A DNA stretch of 64,000 nucleotides from an uncultured Armatimonadia bacterium (GTDB lineage: Bacteria > Armatimonadota > Zipacnadia > CAVVLO01), in contig CAVVLO010000002.1 of NCBI GenBank assembly GCA_963749155.1, forward strand, positions 1,248,001 to 1,312,000. Reading direction: 5' to 3'. The notes below the pieces were generated by a model that was not told the DNA's origin, ran no database searches, and saw only the letters and a program-made list of their open reading frames with translations. A program made the position numbers and the translations under genes. Shown piece by piece: positions 1 to 12,661 of the stretch. Position 1 is the stretch's first letter; every line of letters starts with the position of its first letter.

Positions 1-630
1 AAAGATGGCGGCCGCGAACATCGCCGGCGAGAGATTCGAACTCGCTTGCAGCTCGGAAAGATAGGTAGTCCCAGTCAGGCCATAGATTAGCGAGATGCCA
101 TACAGCATAAAGGCAGAACAAGCCGCCCCGTACAGCAGATACTTCAGGCCGCCTTCAGAAGAAGGCTTGTCGCCCCTGACATAGCCGACCAGGATATAGC
201 TCGTGATACTGACCAGCTCGATGCTGATATAAAGTGTCAGCAGCTCCTTGGCCGCCACCGCCAGCATGATGCCGCCCACGGTCACTGCGAGCAGCGCGAA
301 GAACTCGCCCTGGAAGTGGGGCATCCGCTGCTGGACATACTCAACCGCGAGCAGGCAGACCAGCGCGCCGGAAAGCAGGGCAAGCAACTGGAAGAAGGCC
401 GCCATCCCGTCGAAGGCCAGCAAATCAGAAATCCAAAGGGGCATCCCTGCGGCTTCGGCATCGACGCCCATCCCGTTCAAGGTCTGTATCCCTATCAGGA
501 TGAACCCAACCGCCGCCACCCAGGCAAGCCACGACTTCCTGGTGGACAGTGACAGCATATCCAGTATCAGGAGGGCTACAGCCAACCCGAACACCAGCAA
601 TATGGGCATTAGTGGAGCAACTGCCTGCAA
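1..630 (-). CDS. nuoN: NADH-quinone oxidoreductase subunit N (5' part; runs off the window edge)
   Basis: Hydrophobic ORF read from a TTG at 630 after GGAGG. Contains IELVSITSYILVGY...SEGGLKYLLYGAACSAFMLYGISLIYGLTGTT, typical of NuoN, and directly follows nuoM. Confidence 0.9.
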   Translation of the reverse strand, partial: MQAVAPLMPILLVFGLAVALLILDMLSLSTRKSWLAWVAAVGFILIGIQTLNGMGVDAEAAGMPLWISDLLAFDGMAAFFQLLALLSGALVCLLAVEYVQQRMPHFQGEFFALLAVTVGGIMLAVAAKELLTLYISIELVSITSYILVGYVRGDKPSSEGGLKYLLYGAACSAFMLYGISLIYGLTGTTYLSELQASSNLSPAMFAAAIF

Positions 631-643
631 CTTGGCGCCTCCG

Positions 644-2143
644 TCAGAGCCCCAGGGTCTGTCCGAGCGTACCGAGCGCGCTCGCCAGGTTCATTACCGC
701 TTCATTCGCCGGGCCGGTAACGAGGAAGGGTGCAAGCCCTATCGCCACCGTCAGCACCATCAGCGGTACCAGTACGCCGACCTCGTGCAAGTTGAGATCG
801 GCCATCTCAGCGTATTTCTCATTCACCTCGCCCAGCAACACGCGCTGGACAGTCCAAAGCAGATAAGCTGCGCCCAATACTATACCGATCACCGAAAGGG
901 CGGTGATAATCTGGAAGACGGGGAAGGCCCCCATCAGCACGAAAAGCTCGGACACGAAGCCGCTCATCGTCGGCAGGCCCAGCGAGCCCAGGCAAATGAA
1001 GATGAAGATGCCCGAGTAGACCGGCGCCACCGCGCCCAGTCCCCCGAAGTTGCCGATAACTCTGTGATGAGCGCGCTCGTAAAGCATCCCTACGAGAAGG
1101 AAGAGGGCGCCCGTAAGCAACCCGTGGCTGAACATCTGCAAGATGGCCCCGTGCATCGCCTGGGGCGTCCCGGCGGCAAGGCCCAGCATTATAAAGCCCA
1201 TATGGCCTACCGAGCTATACGCTACCAGCTTCTTCAGGTCGGACTGGGCCATAGCCACGAGCGACCCGTAGATGATGCTGATAAGCGCAAGCACCGCCAC
1301 CAGCCCCGAATAGGCGATGCTCATATCTGGCATTATCGGCATCGAGATGCGCATAAAGGCGTAAGTGCCCATCTTCAGCAGCACACCGGCCAGTATGACA
1401 GAGCCAGCGGTCGGTGCTTCGACGTGAGCATCGGGCAACCAGGTGTGGAAGGGCCAGACCGGCACCTTGATTGCGAAACCCACAAAGAGGAACCAGTACA
1501 CCACGCCCGCAAGCGGCATCAGGCCCGCCATCGGCGTCAGGCGCGCCCACTCCAGCAGGTCAAAGGTGCGCGGGTCGGTGTGGAAGTAGATAATCAGTAT
1601 GCCAAGCAGCATCAGCACGCTGCCTGCCAGCGTGTAGAGGAAGAACTTGATGGCCGCGTATTCGCGCCGCTCGTGACCCCAGATGCCAATCAGGAAGTAC
1701 ATCGGCACCAGGCTGACTTCCCAGAAGACGTAGAACAGAATCATATCCAGCGAGCAGAAGACGCCCAGTGTGCCCATCTCGAGCAGCAGGAACAGGGCGA
1801 AATACTCTTTCACCCGTACCTTCACGATGAAGGAGTAGACGATAGACAGGAAGGTAAGCAGCGTCGTCAGGACGACCATCGGCAACGACAGGCCATCGAG
1901 CCCGATATGGTAGCTCGCGCCTATCTGGGGGATCCAGCTATACTGCTCTTCAAACTGCATCCCGACGGCATTCTGGTCAAAGGCCCAATACAGGTAGAAG
2001 GACAGCAGCATCGCGGCGAAAGACACAATCGCCGCAAACCACTTGATAAACTTCTCCTGTTCTTTCGGCACCAGCATCAGAACAAGTACGCCTGCCAGAG
2101 GCAGGAACACCTGTACCGAAAGCAGTCCGCTAGCTCCATCCAT
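644..2143 (-). CDS. nuoM: NADH-quinone oxidoreductase subunit M
   Basis: Motifs FYVFWEVSLVPMYFLIGIWG, HTWLPDAHVEAPTAGSVILAGVLLKMG and LKKLVAYSSVGHMG. Confidence 0.96.
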   Translation of the reverse strand: MDGASGLLSVQVFLPLAGVLVLMLVPKEQEKFIKWFAAIVSFAAMLLSFYLYWAFDQNAVGMQFEEQYSWIPQIGASYHIGLDGLSLPMVVLTTLLTFLSIVYSFIVKVRVKEYFALFLLLEMGTLGVFCSLDMILFYVFWEVSLVPMYFLIGIWGHERREYAAIKFFLYTLAGSVLMLLGILIIYFHTDPRTFDLLEWARLTPMAGLMPLAGVVYWFLFVGFAIKVPVWPFHTWLPDAHVEAPTAGSVILAGVLLKMGTYAFMRISMPIMPDMSIAYSGLVAVLALISIIYGSLVAMAQSDLKKLVAYSSVGHMGFIMLGLAAGTPQAMHGAILQMFSHGLLTGALFLLVGMLYERAHHRVIGNFGGLGAVAPVYSGIFIFICLGSLGLPTMSGFVSELFVLMGAFPVFQIITALSVIGIVLGAAYLLWTVQRVLLGEVNEKYAEMADLNLHEVGVLVPLMVLTVAIGLAPFLVTGPANEAVMNLASALGTLGQTLGL

Positions 2144-2160
2144 TGCTATCTACTCCCAGC

Positions 2161-4156
<1,996 letters not shown>

Positions 4157-4163
4157 CGTAAGG

Positions 4164-4484
4164 TTACCACTTCAACAGATTGAGCTTGTCGACGAGCGAG
4201 GTGCGGTGAGAGCGCCAGACGGTGATGACCAGCGCAAGCCCGACCGCTATCTCGGCTACGGCGACACAGATTACAAACAGGGCGAAGATCTGCCCGGCGA
4301 AATTATCCGGCGTCACGAACCTGGCGAAAGCCACCAGGTTGAGGTTTACCGCGTTCAGCATCAGCTCGATACACATCAGCACGCCGATAGCGTGCCTGCG
4401 GATGAGCACTCCATAAAGCCCAATGCAGAAAAGCAGGGCTGCCAGTATCAGATATTGTTCAAGCGAAGGGGCGCCGATTGTCAT
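4164..4484 (-). CDS. nuoK: NADH-quinone oxidoreductase subunit K
   Basis: Motif [18 protein letters not shown]...[12 protein letters not shown]; 106 aa with three TM segments. Confidence 0.96.
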   Translation of the reverse strand: MTIGAPSLEQYLILAALLFCIGLYGVLIRRHAIGVLMCIELMLNAVNLNLVAFARFVTPDNFAGQIFALFVICVAVAEIAVGLALVITVWRSHRTSLVDKLNLLKW

Positions 4485-5014
4485 TTTTCCGGACGCACCT
4501 CCTTCGCAATCACCACAGCGCCTATCAGGGCCACCAGCAGCAGGATGGAAGCTATCTCAAAGGGCAGCACAAACTTCGTGAACAGCGTCTCAGTTAGTCC
4601 CAAAAGGCTTGCATCGGTCAGCGCCTGACCCGTCGCGGCATCTGAAGTAACCGCTGGATAGTCCGAATTCAAGAGCACCGCGATAAGCAGCGGCAGGAAA
4701 GCTCCGAATACGATTACAGCGCCCAGTCCTACCTGCTCATTGGTCTGGGCGATGGGCCGCTTGAGTGCCCGGCGCGTCACCATAACGGTCATCAGCACCA
4801 GGATGGACACGCCGGCCGCGTAAATCATTATCTGTACGACGCCCAGATAGGGCGCCGACAGCATAAAGAAGAAACCCGCCACGACCAGCATCGTGAAGGC
4901 CAGCGCCACCGCTGCGTGCAGGATGTTGCGCACCATCACGACGCAGATGGCCCCGCCCACCAGCAGTACAGCAAGTATCCAGAAGAGCAGTTGCGAACCC
5001 AAAGCGGTAATCAT
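4481..5014 (-). CDS. nuoJ: NADH-quinone oxidoreductase subunit J
   Basis: Motifs [12 protein letters not shown] and [18 protein letters not shown]; operon position. Confidence 0.94.
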   Translation of the reverse strand: MITALGSQLLFWILAVLLVGGAICVVMVRNILHAAVALAFTMLVVAGFFFMLSAPYLGVVQIMIYAAGVSILVLMTVMVTRRALKRPIAQTNEQVGLGAVIVFGAFLPLLIAVLLNSDYPAVTSDAATGQALTDASLLGLTETLFTKFVLPFEIASILLLVALIGAVVIAKEVRPEK

Positions 5015-5485
5015 AGCTTCTCCACCGCCTGGTCTGGCCGCTTGCCCTGGGCTATCAGACGCGGCAGATCGTAAACCAGGTCCTCTGGCTCATAGCTTGT
5101 AAGGTCATATGCCTCGGTCAGGAAGATGGCATCCACCGGACAGATCTCCTCGCACATCCCGCAGAAGATGCAGGTCAGGTGGTCTACCTCGAAATCCTAC
5201 CAGCAGCTTCTTCTTGCTGCCCTCGGGCTGTTCGGTCTTCAGTGTGATGGATTTGGTGGGGCAGATGCGCTCGCACAGCCCGCAAGAGATGCACTTGGGC
5301 GCGCCCTTCTCGTCCACCGCCATCGCCAGTATGCCGCGCCAGGCATCATAGACCTTGCGCTTCTGCTGCGGATAGTGGATGGTCACGGCCTTCCGGTTGA
5401 AATACTTTTGAGTGACACTCATCCCGGCCAGGACGGTGTAAGGCCAGCCCACGATGGACTTCAGGCTTTCCAGCAGCTTGCTCAC
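5011..5485 (-). CDS. nuoI: NADH-quinone oxidoreductase subunit I, 2x[4Fe-4S] (frameshift near 5192)
   Basis: First motif CISCGLCERICP is in frame from GTG 5485. Second motif CIFCGMCEEICP follows a one-base shift and ends at TGA 5011, overlapping the nuoJ ATG. Confidence 0.9.
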
Positions 5486-6597
5486 TGGCCAGCCCCCTTC
5501 ACGAGCAGCCACCAGGCGGCGAAGAAGATGTTCAGGACGCCAATCGGCACCAGCACCTTCCAGGCGATGCCCATAAGCTGGTCAACGCGGATACGGGGCA
5601 GAGTCCAGCTCCACCAAAGCGAGATATATATAAGGATATAGACTTTTAAGAAGAACCAGAACAAGCCGCTCACGATGCCTGTCGTCGGTCCCAGCGGCGA
5701 ATGCCAACCGCCCAGGAACATTGTCACCGCGACCGCGCACATTGTGAACAGGTTGATGTACTCCGAGAACATAATCATCGAGAACTTCATACCGGTGTAT
5801 TCGGTCGTGAAGCCTGTGACAAGCTCGGATTCCGCTTCCAGCAGGTTGAAGGGCGCGCGGTTTACCTCTGCCGTGCCCGCCAGGAAGAAAAGCACCAGCG
5901 CGATAAAACCTGGCACGGTGAGGAAGTTCCAGTGAAGCAGGCTTGACGACTGGTAGTTGGCCACACTGACCATGCTCATCGAGCCTGACAGCATTACGCC
6001 GACCACCAGCGCCAGCATCAGGGGCATCTCATAACTGACAAGCTGCCCTGCCGCTCTCATCCCACCCAGCAGCGAATACTTGCTGTTCTGGCCCCAGCTT
6101 CCCAGCAGGATGGCCAGCGCCGTAAAACTGGTCACTGCCGAGATAAAAAACACGCCGATGTTGAGGTCTGCGGCCACCAGCTTGGGCCCGAAGGGGATGC
6201 ACAGATAAGCCGTGAAGGCGAAGCCGACCGCCAGGATTGGACCGAGTATAAAAAGGAAAGCGTCCGCCTGCTTGTGGCGGATGTCCTCCTTCCGCATCAG
6301 TTTGATGGTGTCGGCGATCGTCTGCAGGATGCCGTGCACCTTGCCCACATACATCGGGCCAACACGCGATTGCCAGCGGGCGCTGAGCTTGCGCTCCAGC
6401 CACACCAGGAACATAACCGTCAGCGACAGGAATATATAGAAGATAATAATGGCGACGACGGAGACGACGATATTCCAGATGCTGTCAAGCTCCACGGCCT
6501 TCAGGCCGCGCGAAAGCATCCAGGCATCCAGCATCGTGGGGATGCCAACAATCCAGCCCCAAGCTGCTCCCAGCCAGTCTCCAAGTGTCTGCCACAT
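5482..6597 (-). CDS. nuoH: NADH-quinone oxidoreductase subunit H
   Basis: Motifs WLERKLSARWQSRVGP, SKYSLLGGMRAAGQLVSYE and NRAPFNLLEAESELVTGF. Confidence 0.96.
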   Translation of the reverse strand: MWQTLGDWLGAAWGWIVGIPTMLDAWMLSRGLKAVELDSIWNIVVSVVAIIIFYIFLSLTVMFLVWLERKLSARWQSRVGPMYVGKVHGILQTIADTIKLMRKEDIRHKQADAFLFILGPILAVGFAFTAYLCIPFGPKLVAADLNIGVFFISAVTSFTALAILLGSWGQNSKYSLLGGMRAAGQLVSYEMPLMLALVVGVMLSGSMSMVSVANYQSSSLLHWNFLTVPGFIALVLFFLAGTAEVNRAPFNLLEAESELVTGFTTEYTGMKFSMIMFSEYINLFTMCAVAVTMFLGGWHSPLGPTTGIVSGLFWFFLKVYILIYISLWWSWTLPRIRVDQLMGIAWKVLVPIGVLNIFFAAWWLLVKGAGQ

Positions 6598-6599
6598 AG

Positions 6600-7766
6600 T
6601 TACCGGTCCACTTCTCCCATCACGACATCCAGGCTTCCGAAGATGGCCACCAGGTCGGCCAGCTTGAGCCCGAGCGCGGTATAGGGGACTGCCATAATAT
6701 GGATAAACGAAGGCGCCTTGATGTTAGCCCTGTAAGGCTTCTCGCTCCCGTCGCTTATCAGATAGAATCCCAGGTCGCCACGAGGCGCCTCGATATGCGC
6801 ATTGGCTTCGCCCGCTTCCGGCTTGAGCACCCGCGGCACTTTCGCCATCGTCGGCCCTTCCGGCAGTTGCTGAAGCGCCTGGCGGATTATCCGGATGGCC
6901 TGGTGCATCTCGTGATAACGCACATAAGCTCGATCCAGACTGTCTCCCTGCTGGCCAAGCGGCACCTCGAACTTGAACCTGTCGTAAACCGAGTACGGCT
7001 TGTCCCGGCGCAGATCCCAGTCTACCCCTGAACCTCGAAGATTCGGTCCGCTTATCCCGAGCGCCAGGGCATCTTCGCGCCTTAGAAAACCGATGTCTTT
7101 GGTCCGGTACTGGAAGATGGCGTTCTTCAGCAGCAGCTTCTCATATTCTGGCAGCTTCTCTTCGATAGCTCTGAGCGCTGTCCAGCACCTGTCTACCCAG
7201 CCCTCGGGCAGATCGCACTTGACTCCACCGATCCGGTAATAGTTGAAAGTCATCCGCTGGCCGGTCAGCTCTTCGAGCAACTCCATTATCAGCTCGCGCT
7301 CGCGGAAACAGTAAAGCACCATCGTGGTGGCGCCGAGGTCGACCCCATAAGTCCCAAGCCATACCAGGTGGCTCGCGATGCGCATAAGCTCATCGCAGAT
7401 TACCCGGATGAACTCGGCCCGCTCCGGTACTTCGACCTTCGCGAGCTTCTCGACCGCCAGCACATAAGCGTGCTCATTGGTCAGTCCCGCCAGATAATCA
7501 AGCCGGTCCACCAGGGCGATGTTTTGAGCCCAGGTGAAGCCTTCCATCAGCTTCTCGATGCCCCGATGCAGGTACCCTACATGACACTCGATCTCGTTGA
7601 GCTGCTCGCCTTCCATCCTGAGGAACATCCTGAACACGCCGTGCGTACTCGGATGGGAAGGCCCCATATTCAGCCAGAACTGTTCGAGCCCGCTCGCATC
7701 CGCCTCGGGATGCGTAAGCCGGTCCAGGTCAGAAGAATTGATTTCCGGTGCGCCAAATCTTGTCAT
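6600..7766 (-). CDS. nuoD: NADH-quinone oxidoreductase subunit D
   Basis: Motifs NMGPSHPSTHGVFR and GYLHRGIEK; C-terminal SLDVVMGEVDR. No NiFe-binding CxxC motifs. The ATG overlaps the nuoC stop. Confidence 0.96.
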   Translation of the reverse strand: MTRFGAPEINSSDLDRLTHPEADASGLEQFWLNMGPSHPSTHGVFRMFLRMEGEQLNEIECHVGYLHRGIEKLMEGFTWAQNIALVDRLDYLAGLTNEHAYVLAVEKLAKVEVPERAEFIRVICDELMRIASHLVWLGTYGVDLGATTMVLYCFRERELIMELLEELTGQRMTFNYYRIGGVKCDLPEGWVDRCWTALRAIEEKLPEYEKLLLKNAIFQYRTKDIGFLRREDALALGISGPNLRGSGVDWDLRRDKPYSVYDRFKFEVPLGQQGDSLDRAYVRYHEMHQAIRIIRQALQQLPEGPTMAKVPRVLKPEAGEANAHIEAPRGDLGFYLISDGSEKPYRANIKAPSFIHIMAVPYTALGLKLADLVAIFGSLDVVMGEVDR

Positions 7767-8239
7767 CTTTCGATTACCGGTTTCCACTCTTTCAGCAGCG
7801 GATTCCCAACGAAGCCCTCCGGCAGCAGGATGACCCTGAGATCCGGATGGCCTTCAAATTCGATTCCGAACATATCGAAGGTCTCTCGTTCATGCCAGTT
7901 GGCTCCCGCATAGACCTCGACTGCGGAGGGACATACTGGCTTTTCTTTCGAGACCTTTACCCGCACGAAACACTCGAGCTTCGTCTTCAGCGAGTGCAGG
8001 TGATGCACGACTTCCAGGCTGTCGCCTCTGTCTATCCCAAACGCCTGGGAATACCAGTCGAAACCGAGCATCTCGTCATCGCGCAGCAAGCCAAGCGTTG
8101 CAATCAAGGCCTCGGCCGGCGCCGTCAGGCTGAATTCGGTCTCATCGCCGAACTCGGCCAGCGTCACTCCAGCCGGCAGCTTGCCCTCGAGATATTCGAT
8201 TGCCTCAGTGGCAGTAGTCATTATTTGCTGGTCTTCCAT
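7763..8239 (-). CDS. nuoC: NADH-quinone oxidoreductase subunit C
   Basis: Motif [23 protein letters not shown]...GNPLLK. Confidence 0.95.
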   Translation of the reverse strand: MEDQQIMTTATEAIEYLEGKLPAGVTLAEFGDETEFSLTAPAEALIATLGLLRDDEMLGFDWYSQAFGIDRGDSLEVVHHLHSLKTKLECFVRVKVSKEKPVCPSAVEVYAGANWHERETFDMFGIEFEGHPDLRVILLPEGFVGNPLLKEWKPVIER

Positions 8240-8775
8240 TTGGGCTTGGCAATACGGGGCTGGTTGTGCTCGTAAGCCTCATTGCGCCGGATACTTCCCT
8301 TGGCTATCTGCCTCTGCAGGGCCATCACCGATTCAATCAAAGCTTCGGGGCGCGGCGGACAACCAGGCAGATAGACATCCACCGGCACAATCTTGTCGAC
8401 GCCATTCACGACGCCATAAGCGTTCTGGAATATGCCTCCGGAGCAGGCGCAGGCGCCCATCGCGATGACATACTTCGGCTCTGGCATCTGTTCGTAAAGC
8501 AGGCGAACCCGTTTGGCCATCTTGTAAGTGACGGTGCCCGAAACCAGCAGCAGGTCGCTTTGCCTGGGGGTCGCGCGCGGAATAACGCCGAACCGGTCGA
8601 AGTCGTAGTGGGCGACGTAAGTGCTCATCATCTCGATGGCGCAGCATGCCAGGCCAAAAGTCATCGGCCAGACAGAACACTTCTGGGCCCAGTTGAAGAC
8701 CAGGTCCAGGGTCGTCGTCACAATTTGTCCGCCAACCTTGTCAGCGAACTCGGGCACGCGATCGATTATAGCCAT
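8221..8775 (-). CDS. nuoB: NADH-quinone oxidoreductase subunit B
   Basis: Motifs [16 protein letters not shown] and [13 protein letters not shown]. Confidence 0.97.
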   Translation of the reverse strand: MAIIDRVPEFADKVGGQIVTTTLDLVFNWAQKCSVWPMTFGLACCAIEMMSTYVAHYDFDRFGVIPRATPRQSDLLLVSGTVTYKMAKRVRLLYEQMPEPKYVIAMGACACSGGIFQNAYGVVNGVDKIVPVDVYLPGCPPRPEALIESVMALQRQIAKGSIRRNEAYEHNQPRIAKPKWKTSK

Positions 8776-9131
8776 TCAAGTGCACCCTTGCGCCAGGCAT
8801 AACCCAGCCCAAATAAAAGGACCAACAGGAAAAGAGCCATCTCGAAAAAGGCAAATCCGGCCAGGTCGGGCAACTGCTTGAAAATCAGCGCCCACGGAAA
8901 AAGGAAGGCCGTCTCCAGTTCGAACAGCAAGAAGAGCAAGGCGATTACATAATATTGTGGTTTGAAACGCAGCCAGCTATCTCCAAAAGGCAACTCGCCG
9001 CACTCATAAGCAGTGCGTTTGCCATCAGTGGGAGCATGAGGCCGGAGTATCCAGGCGAAGATAAATGCGCCAACTGCCATTAGCATCCCGCCAAGCAGGA
9101 AAAGCAAGATGCCAACGTAATTGTGTTGCAC
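8766..9131 (-). CDS. nuoA: NADH-quinone oxidoreductase subunit A
   Basis: Motifs YECGE and [14 protein letters not shown]...PWA...GALEW. GTG at 9131 preceded by GAGGG. Confidence 0.93.
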   Translation of the reverse strand: MQHNYVGILLFLLGGMLMAVGAFIFAWILRPHAPTDGKRTAYECGELPFGDSWLRFKPQYYVIALLFLLFELETAFLFPWALIFKQLPDLAGFAFFEMALFLLVLLFGLGYAWRKGALEWL

Positions 9132-9206
9132 TACCCTCACCTGCCCACACATGAAAAGGCTGGTCGCGGTCATCTGTCTGTTTGGCCCGCTACCAGCTGA
9201 CCTTTA

Positions 9207-9235
9207 GATATACACCTTCAGCGGTCCGGGGTCAA
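9207..9235 (-). promoter_or_regulatory. Putative sigma70 promoter of the nuo operon
   Basis: TTGACC-N17-TATATC on the minus strand upstream of nuoA. Confidence 0.45.
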
Positions 9236-9343
9236 TAATCGACCCTTTCAGAAGGGGGCATCCGGTGGGTAAATAACGGCAAAAACGTCTTCTACTTGCC
9301 GCCTCCCCAAAAAAGGTGAAAAAAACTTGCCGTAAAGCCGAAC

Positions 9344-9372
9344 TTGCAGACTACTCGCCTCGTAGGTAGTAT
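9344..9372 (+). promoter_or_regulatory. Putative sigma70 promoter of the secretin cluster
   Basis: TTGCAG-N17-TAGTAT. Confidence 0.45.
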
Positions 9373-9429
9373 AACGCCTAATCCGACCTGTTCTTGCAAA
9401 GAGGATAGGCGCAGGGAGTGTTAGTCCTT

Positions 9430-10815
9430 ATGAGTATCGCCAAAAAGGCGACTTTGGTCGCCAGTTTTTTGCTTGCTTGTTGCTTTTTATCTGGCCCTGT
9501 TCTTGCCCAGCCAGCCAGCCCACCTGAGCCTCCTGCTACGCCTGCGGCAACTGAGGCGCCGGCCGCGGAAGCCCCTGCTACCGAGCCTGTTGAGGTAAAA
9601 GTCGAGGTTACCCTTTCCGAGCAAGGTGTTACCCTCATCGCCCGCGAGGCCGATGCCCACGAGGTTTTCTACAGGTTGGGGGCTGCTACTGGCACCTGGA
9701 TTATCGTTAACCAGTCGGTTAATCAGAAATTGACCCTGGTGCTTCGTAACCGGACCCTGGAGGAAATATTCGAGGCAATCGCCACTGGTTATGGGCTCTC
9801 CTGGTCGAAGATAAGCGGCTACTATATGATATCGAAAGGCATTCCCGACGATCCCGCCGCCTATCTGCTAAGCGACATTGCAACTATTCCTCTAAATTAT
9901 GTCCAGGCTTCGGCTGCCAAGTCTCTGCTGCCGGTCTTTCTACAGGACCACGTCCATATCAACGAGCAACAAAACGCGGTCGTGCTCTCAGGTCCACGCG
10001 AGGTGCTGGCCAAGTTCGAACAGGATATCAAGCAGTTTGATATTCCCGCAGAGCAGATCCTGATCGATGTGCTTATGGTCGAGCTTACCCGCGATGGCAG
10101 CGAACGTCTTTCCTCCGCCATCCAGTGGGTAAACAACGGCGACAGCTACTCAACCGACAGTGAAGATGGTTCTGTCGAATGGGAATCTGATGCTTACAAC
10201 TGGAGCACATATGCCCAGCTTGACGACCAGTTTTGGATGGCCCTTCAAGGGCTTGAAACCTCTGGTGACGCTTCGGTGCGCGCCCAGCCCAGCATCGCCA
10301 CTGTCTCGGGTCAGGCTGCCGAGGTCTTCATCGGGGTTGAAAAGTATCTGAAGACTAACGTCCAGATGGTTGGTCAGTCCTCTAGCGGCACGCGCACCTC
10401 CATCCAGGCGGGTATCCGACTCGCAATTACCCCCTGGACCGGTGGCGCAGGCACCATCCTGGCGCGTATCGAGCCAGAAATCAGTACTCTGTCGGCCGAT
10501 GATCCAATCACAGGTCTGCCCGAAATGAGCAGTCGCAATGCCGAAACCTGGGTGCGTCTCAAGGACAGTCAGACCATTGTCATCGGTGGTCTCACCCAGC
10601 GCGAAAAACGCACTACCATTGGCGGCATCCCTCTCTTGAAGGACCTGCCTCTGATTGGCAAATTGTTCCAGCGTCGCAGTTCTGAAGAAATCGAGACCGA
10701 ACTTGTTATCTTCGTAACCCCTCGCCGCCTGTCCGCTTCGGGGCAGCTTTCGCCTGAAGAAGAAACTAGGCTCAAGGAAAAGTTTGGTCTGGAGGATTTT
10801 AACGGGGCGCTGTAG
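9430..10815 (+). CDS. Secretin family protein 1 (signal peptide, Pro/Ala linker, STN-like, N3-like and secretin domains)
   Basis: C-terminal VRLKDSQTIVIGGL...GIPLLKDLPLIGKLF...ELVIFVTP is the secretin signature. Confidence 0.9.
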   Translation: MSIAKKATLVASFLLACCFLSGPVLAQPASPPEPPATPAATEAPAAEAPATEPVEVKVEVTLSEQGVTLIAREADAHEVFYRLGAATGTWIIVNQSVNQKLTLVLRNRTLEEIFEAIATGYGLSWSKISGYYMISKGIPDDPAAYLLSDIATIPLNYVQASAAKSLLPVFLQDHVHINEQQNAVVLSGPREVLAKFEQDIKQFDIPAEQILIDVLMVELTRDGSERLSSAIQWVNNGDSYSTDSEDGSVEWESDAYNWSTYAQLDDQFWMALQGLETSGDASVRAQPSIATVSGQAAEVFIGVEKYLKTNVQMVGQSSSGTRTSIQAGIRLAITPWTGGAGTILARIEPEISTLSADDPITGLPEMSSRNAETWVRLKDSQTIVIGGLTQREKRTTIGGIPLLKDLPLIGKLFQRRSSEEIETELVIFVTPRRLSASGQLSPEEETRLKEKFGLEDFNGAL

Positions 10816-10825
10816 CCCCTCCTGT

Positions 10826-12661
10826 ATGAGAAAGTCACCGAGTTTCCTGGTTTTGTCAGGCCTGCTTCTCCTGGTGTTGCTTCTGGGCAACTCCCAGTTG
10901 GCTGTTGCCCAAATGCGCGCGTATGCCACTATCAACAAAGTCACCTGGACCCAGCTTGCCAATGCCGTTACCGTGCGTATCGAATCAGACGGCATCCTGG
11001 AGGCTGACCTTGACTGGGAAAATATTGGCAACCTGATTGAGTGGAACGAAGACGTGGGTGACTGGCAGCCTAAGGCCTCTCAATCACTTTCCTTGCAGGT
11101 GGCTAATGGCAAGATTGGGGTTCAGAACTTTGTGGACATAAGCACCTATCCTGTCAGCCATCTCGAATTCTCTCCAATGACTTACGCGGAGCAGGGAATC
11201 GGCTGCAGGGTGCGCCTTCTGTTCTACAAAGAAGCGGGCTTGCTTGAAGCCTTTGGCGATTTTGACATCCGACAGTGGTGGGTAGCCAACTATGTTCCCT
11301 TGCGAGTCGAGGCGCAACTAAGCCGCGACCAGCGCGCTCTGCTTATCACGGTCTATTCCGACAGGCAGATCAATCCTAAAGCCAAAGACGATGAAGCTGC
11401 CGCAATAAAGCAGCGAATTGAAACGGCAAAAAGCTTACTGGTAGTCAGCGAACACGACGGCCTTATCGATGCCGACCTGCTTAATGTGCCCCTGGCAGAT
11501 GTCGTCAGAGAACTCGGCAAGCTGGAAGCCTGCCCCAGGCTGGTACTCCCCGAGGATATCAATCCTTACGTCACACTTTATGCCAAAGATCAGCCCCCAC
11601 TTAGACTGCTTGAGGCTATCGGAAGTATGACCGGCCTGACCTTGTGGCGCACTGATGGTCAATACTCTTATGCCCGCTCCAACATCGAGACAGCCAGCGG
11701 CTATTATGGTTCAAGCGCCTGTACTATCCAGCTGGAAAATATAAAACTGGAACAAGCGCTCAATCTGATGCCTGATTTCCTGTTGCGCGACCTGCGCCCC
11801 TCAGCCGAGCATAACGCAATCAATATCGCCTGCAGCGCACCGATTACTTCTAAAGTCCGGCAAGATATCGAGCTACTCGATCAACCACCACGCCAGGTCG
11901 GCCTGGCTCTGATGCTAGTTCAGTTCGAGAGAGAGAAAAACGAGAAAGTTTCTTTCTCTGCCCGTTATCAGAACGGCAACGACCTGTTTTCCTTCGATTC
12001 TGATCTGGGTACCCTTCTCGGTTGGCTTGACTCACCCAATCCCTTCTTCAGTCCACTTGGCTCAGTAGGCGGTTATTGGGATTTGCTGGTGCGTGGTCTG
12101 AAGACCAACCGCAAGGCCGAACTGCGCTCCTCACCCTACCTGGTTACGTTGTGCGGGCAGGAGGCCAGCCTTTTTGTCGGTAAGACTCAATATGTAAAGC
12201 GCAGTAATCCTTACGATGGCTCGGAAGAAGTTGGTCCTGTCAAGCTCGGAGTCAATCTCAAATTTACTCCCATCGTAGGGCCGGAAGGTGTGGTAACTCT
12301 TAAAATCTGGGCTTCCGATTCGAGCATCATTGACCTTGATGCCCAGACCGGTCAGCCTACTCTGCGCTCGGCCGAATTCACGGGCACGGTCCGCGCCAAT
12401 TCTGGCGAAACGATCTATATCGGTGGCCTGGAATTACAGCGTCGCGAAAAAATCGAACAGAAGCTGCCTGTGCTTGGCGATCTGCCTCTGATTGGTAAAC
12501 TCTTTACCTCCACCAGCAAGTTGGAGGTCGACTCAGATTTTGGACTCTTCATTACGCCTTTCCTCTTGCCCGATTCGCAGGGCTTTCCAGCCCAGCAGCT
12601 CGGTCTGATGAATCGCGTTCAACTTATGATGGACTCTGAGACTAAGGAAGGTAAGCAATGA
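10826..12661 (+). CDS. Secretin family protein 2 (extra N-terminal AMIN-like region)
   Basis: Motif GETIYIGGL...KLPVLGDLPLIGKLF...FGLFITP; signal peptide. Confidence 0.88.
   Translation: MRKSPSFLVLSGLLLLVLLLGNSQLAVAQMRAYATINKVTWTQLANAVTVRIESDGILEADLDWENIGNLIEWNEDVGDWQPKASQSLSLQVANGKIGVQNFVDISTYPVSHLEFSPMTYAEQGIGCRVRLLFYKEAGLLEAFGDFDIRQWWVANYVPLRVEAQLSRDQRALLITVYSDRQINPKAKDDEAAAIKQRIETAKSLLVVSEHDGLIDADLLNVPLADVVRELGKLEACPRLVLPEDINPYVTLYAKDQPPLRLLEAIGSMTGLTLWRTDGQYSYARSNIETASGYYGSSACTIQLENIKLEQALNLMPDFLLRDLRPSAEHNAINIACSAPITSKVRQDIELLDQPPRQVGLALMLVQFEREKNEKVSFSARYQNGNDLFSFDSDLGTLLGWLDSPNPFFSPLGSVGGYWDLLVRGLKTNRKAELRSSPYLVTLCGQEASLFVGKTQYVKRSNPYDGSEEVGPVKLGVNLKFTPIVGPEGVVTLKIWASDSSIIDLDAQTGQPTLRSAEFTGTVRANSGETIYIGGLELQRREKIEQKLPVLGDLPLIGKLFTSTSKLEVDSDFGLFITPFLLPDSQGFPAQQLGLMNRVQLMMDSETKEGKQ

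Noticed and set aside
6600..8775. Group 4 [NiFe]-hydrogenase interpretation of the nuo-like cluster
   Set aside because: The large subunit lacks both CxxC motifs, the small subunit has the complex I CC motif, and nuoA, J and K are present.
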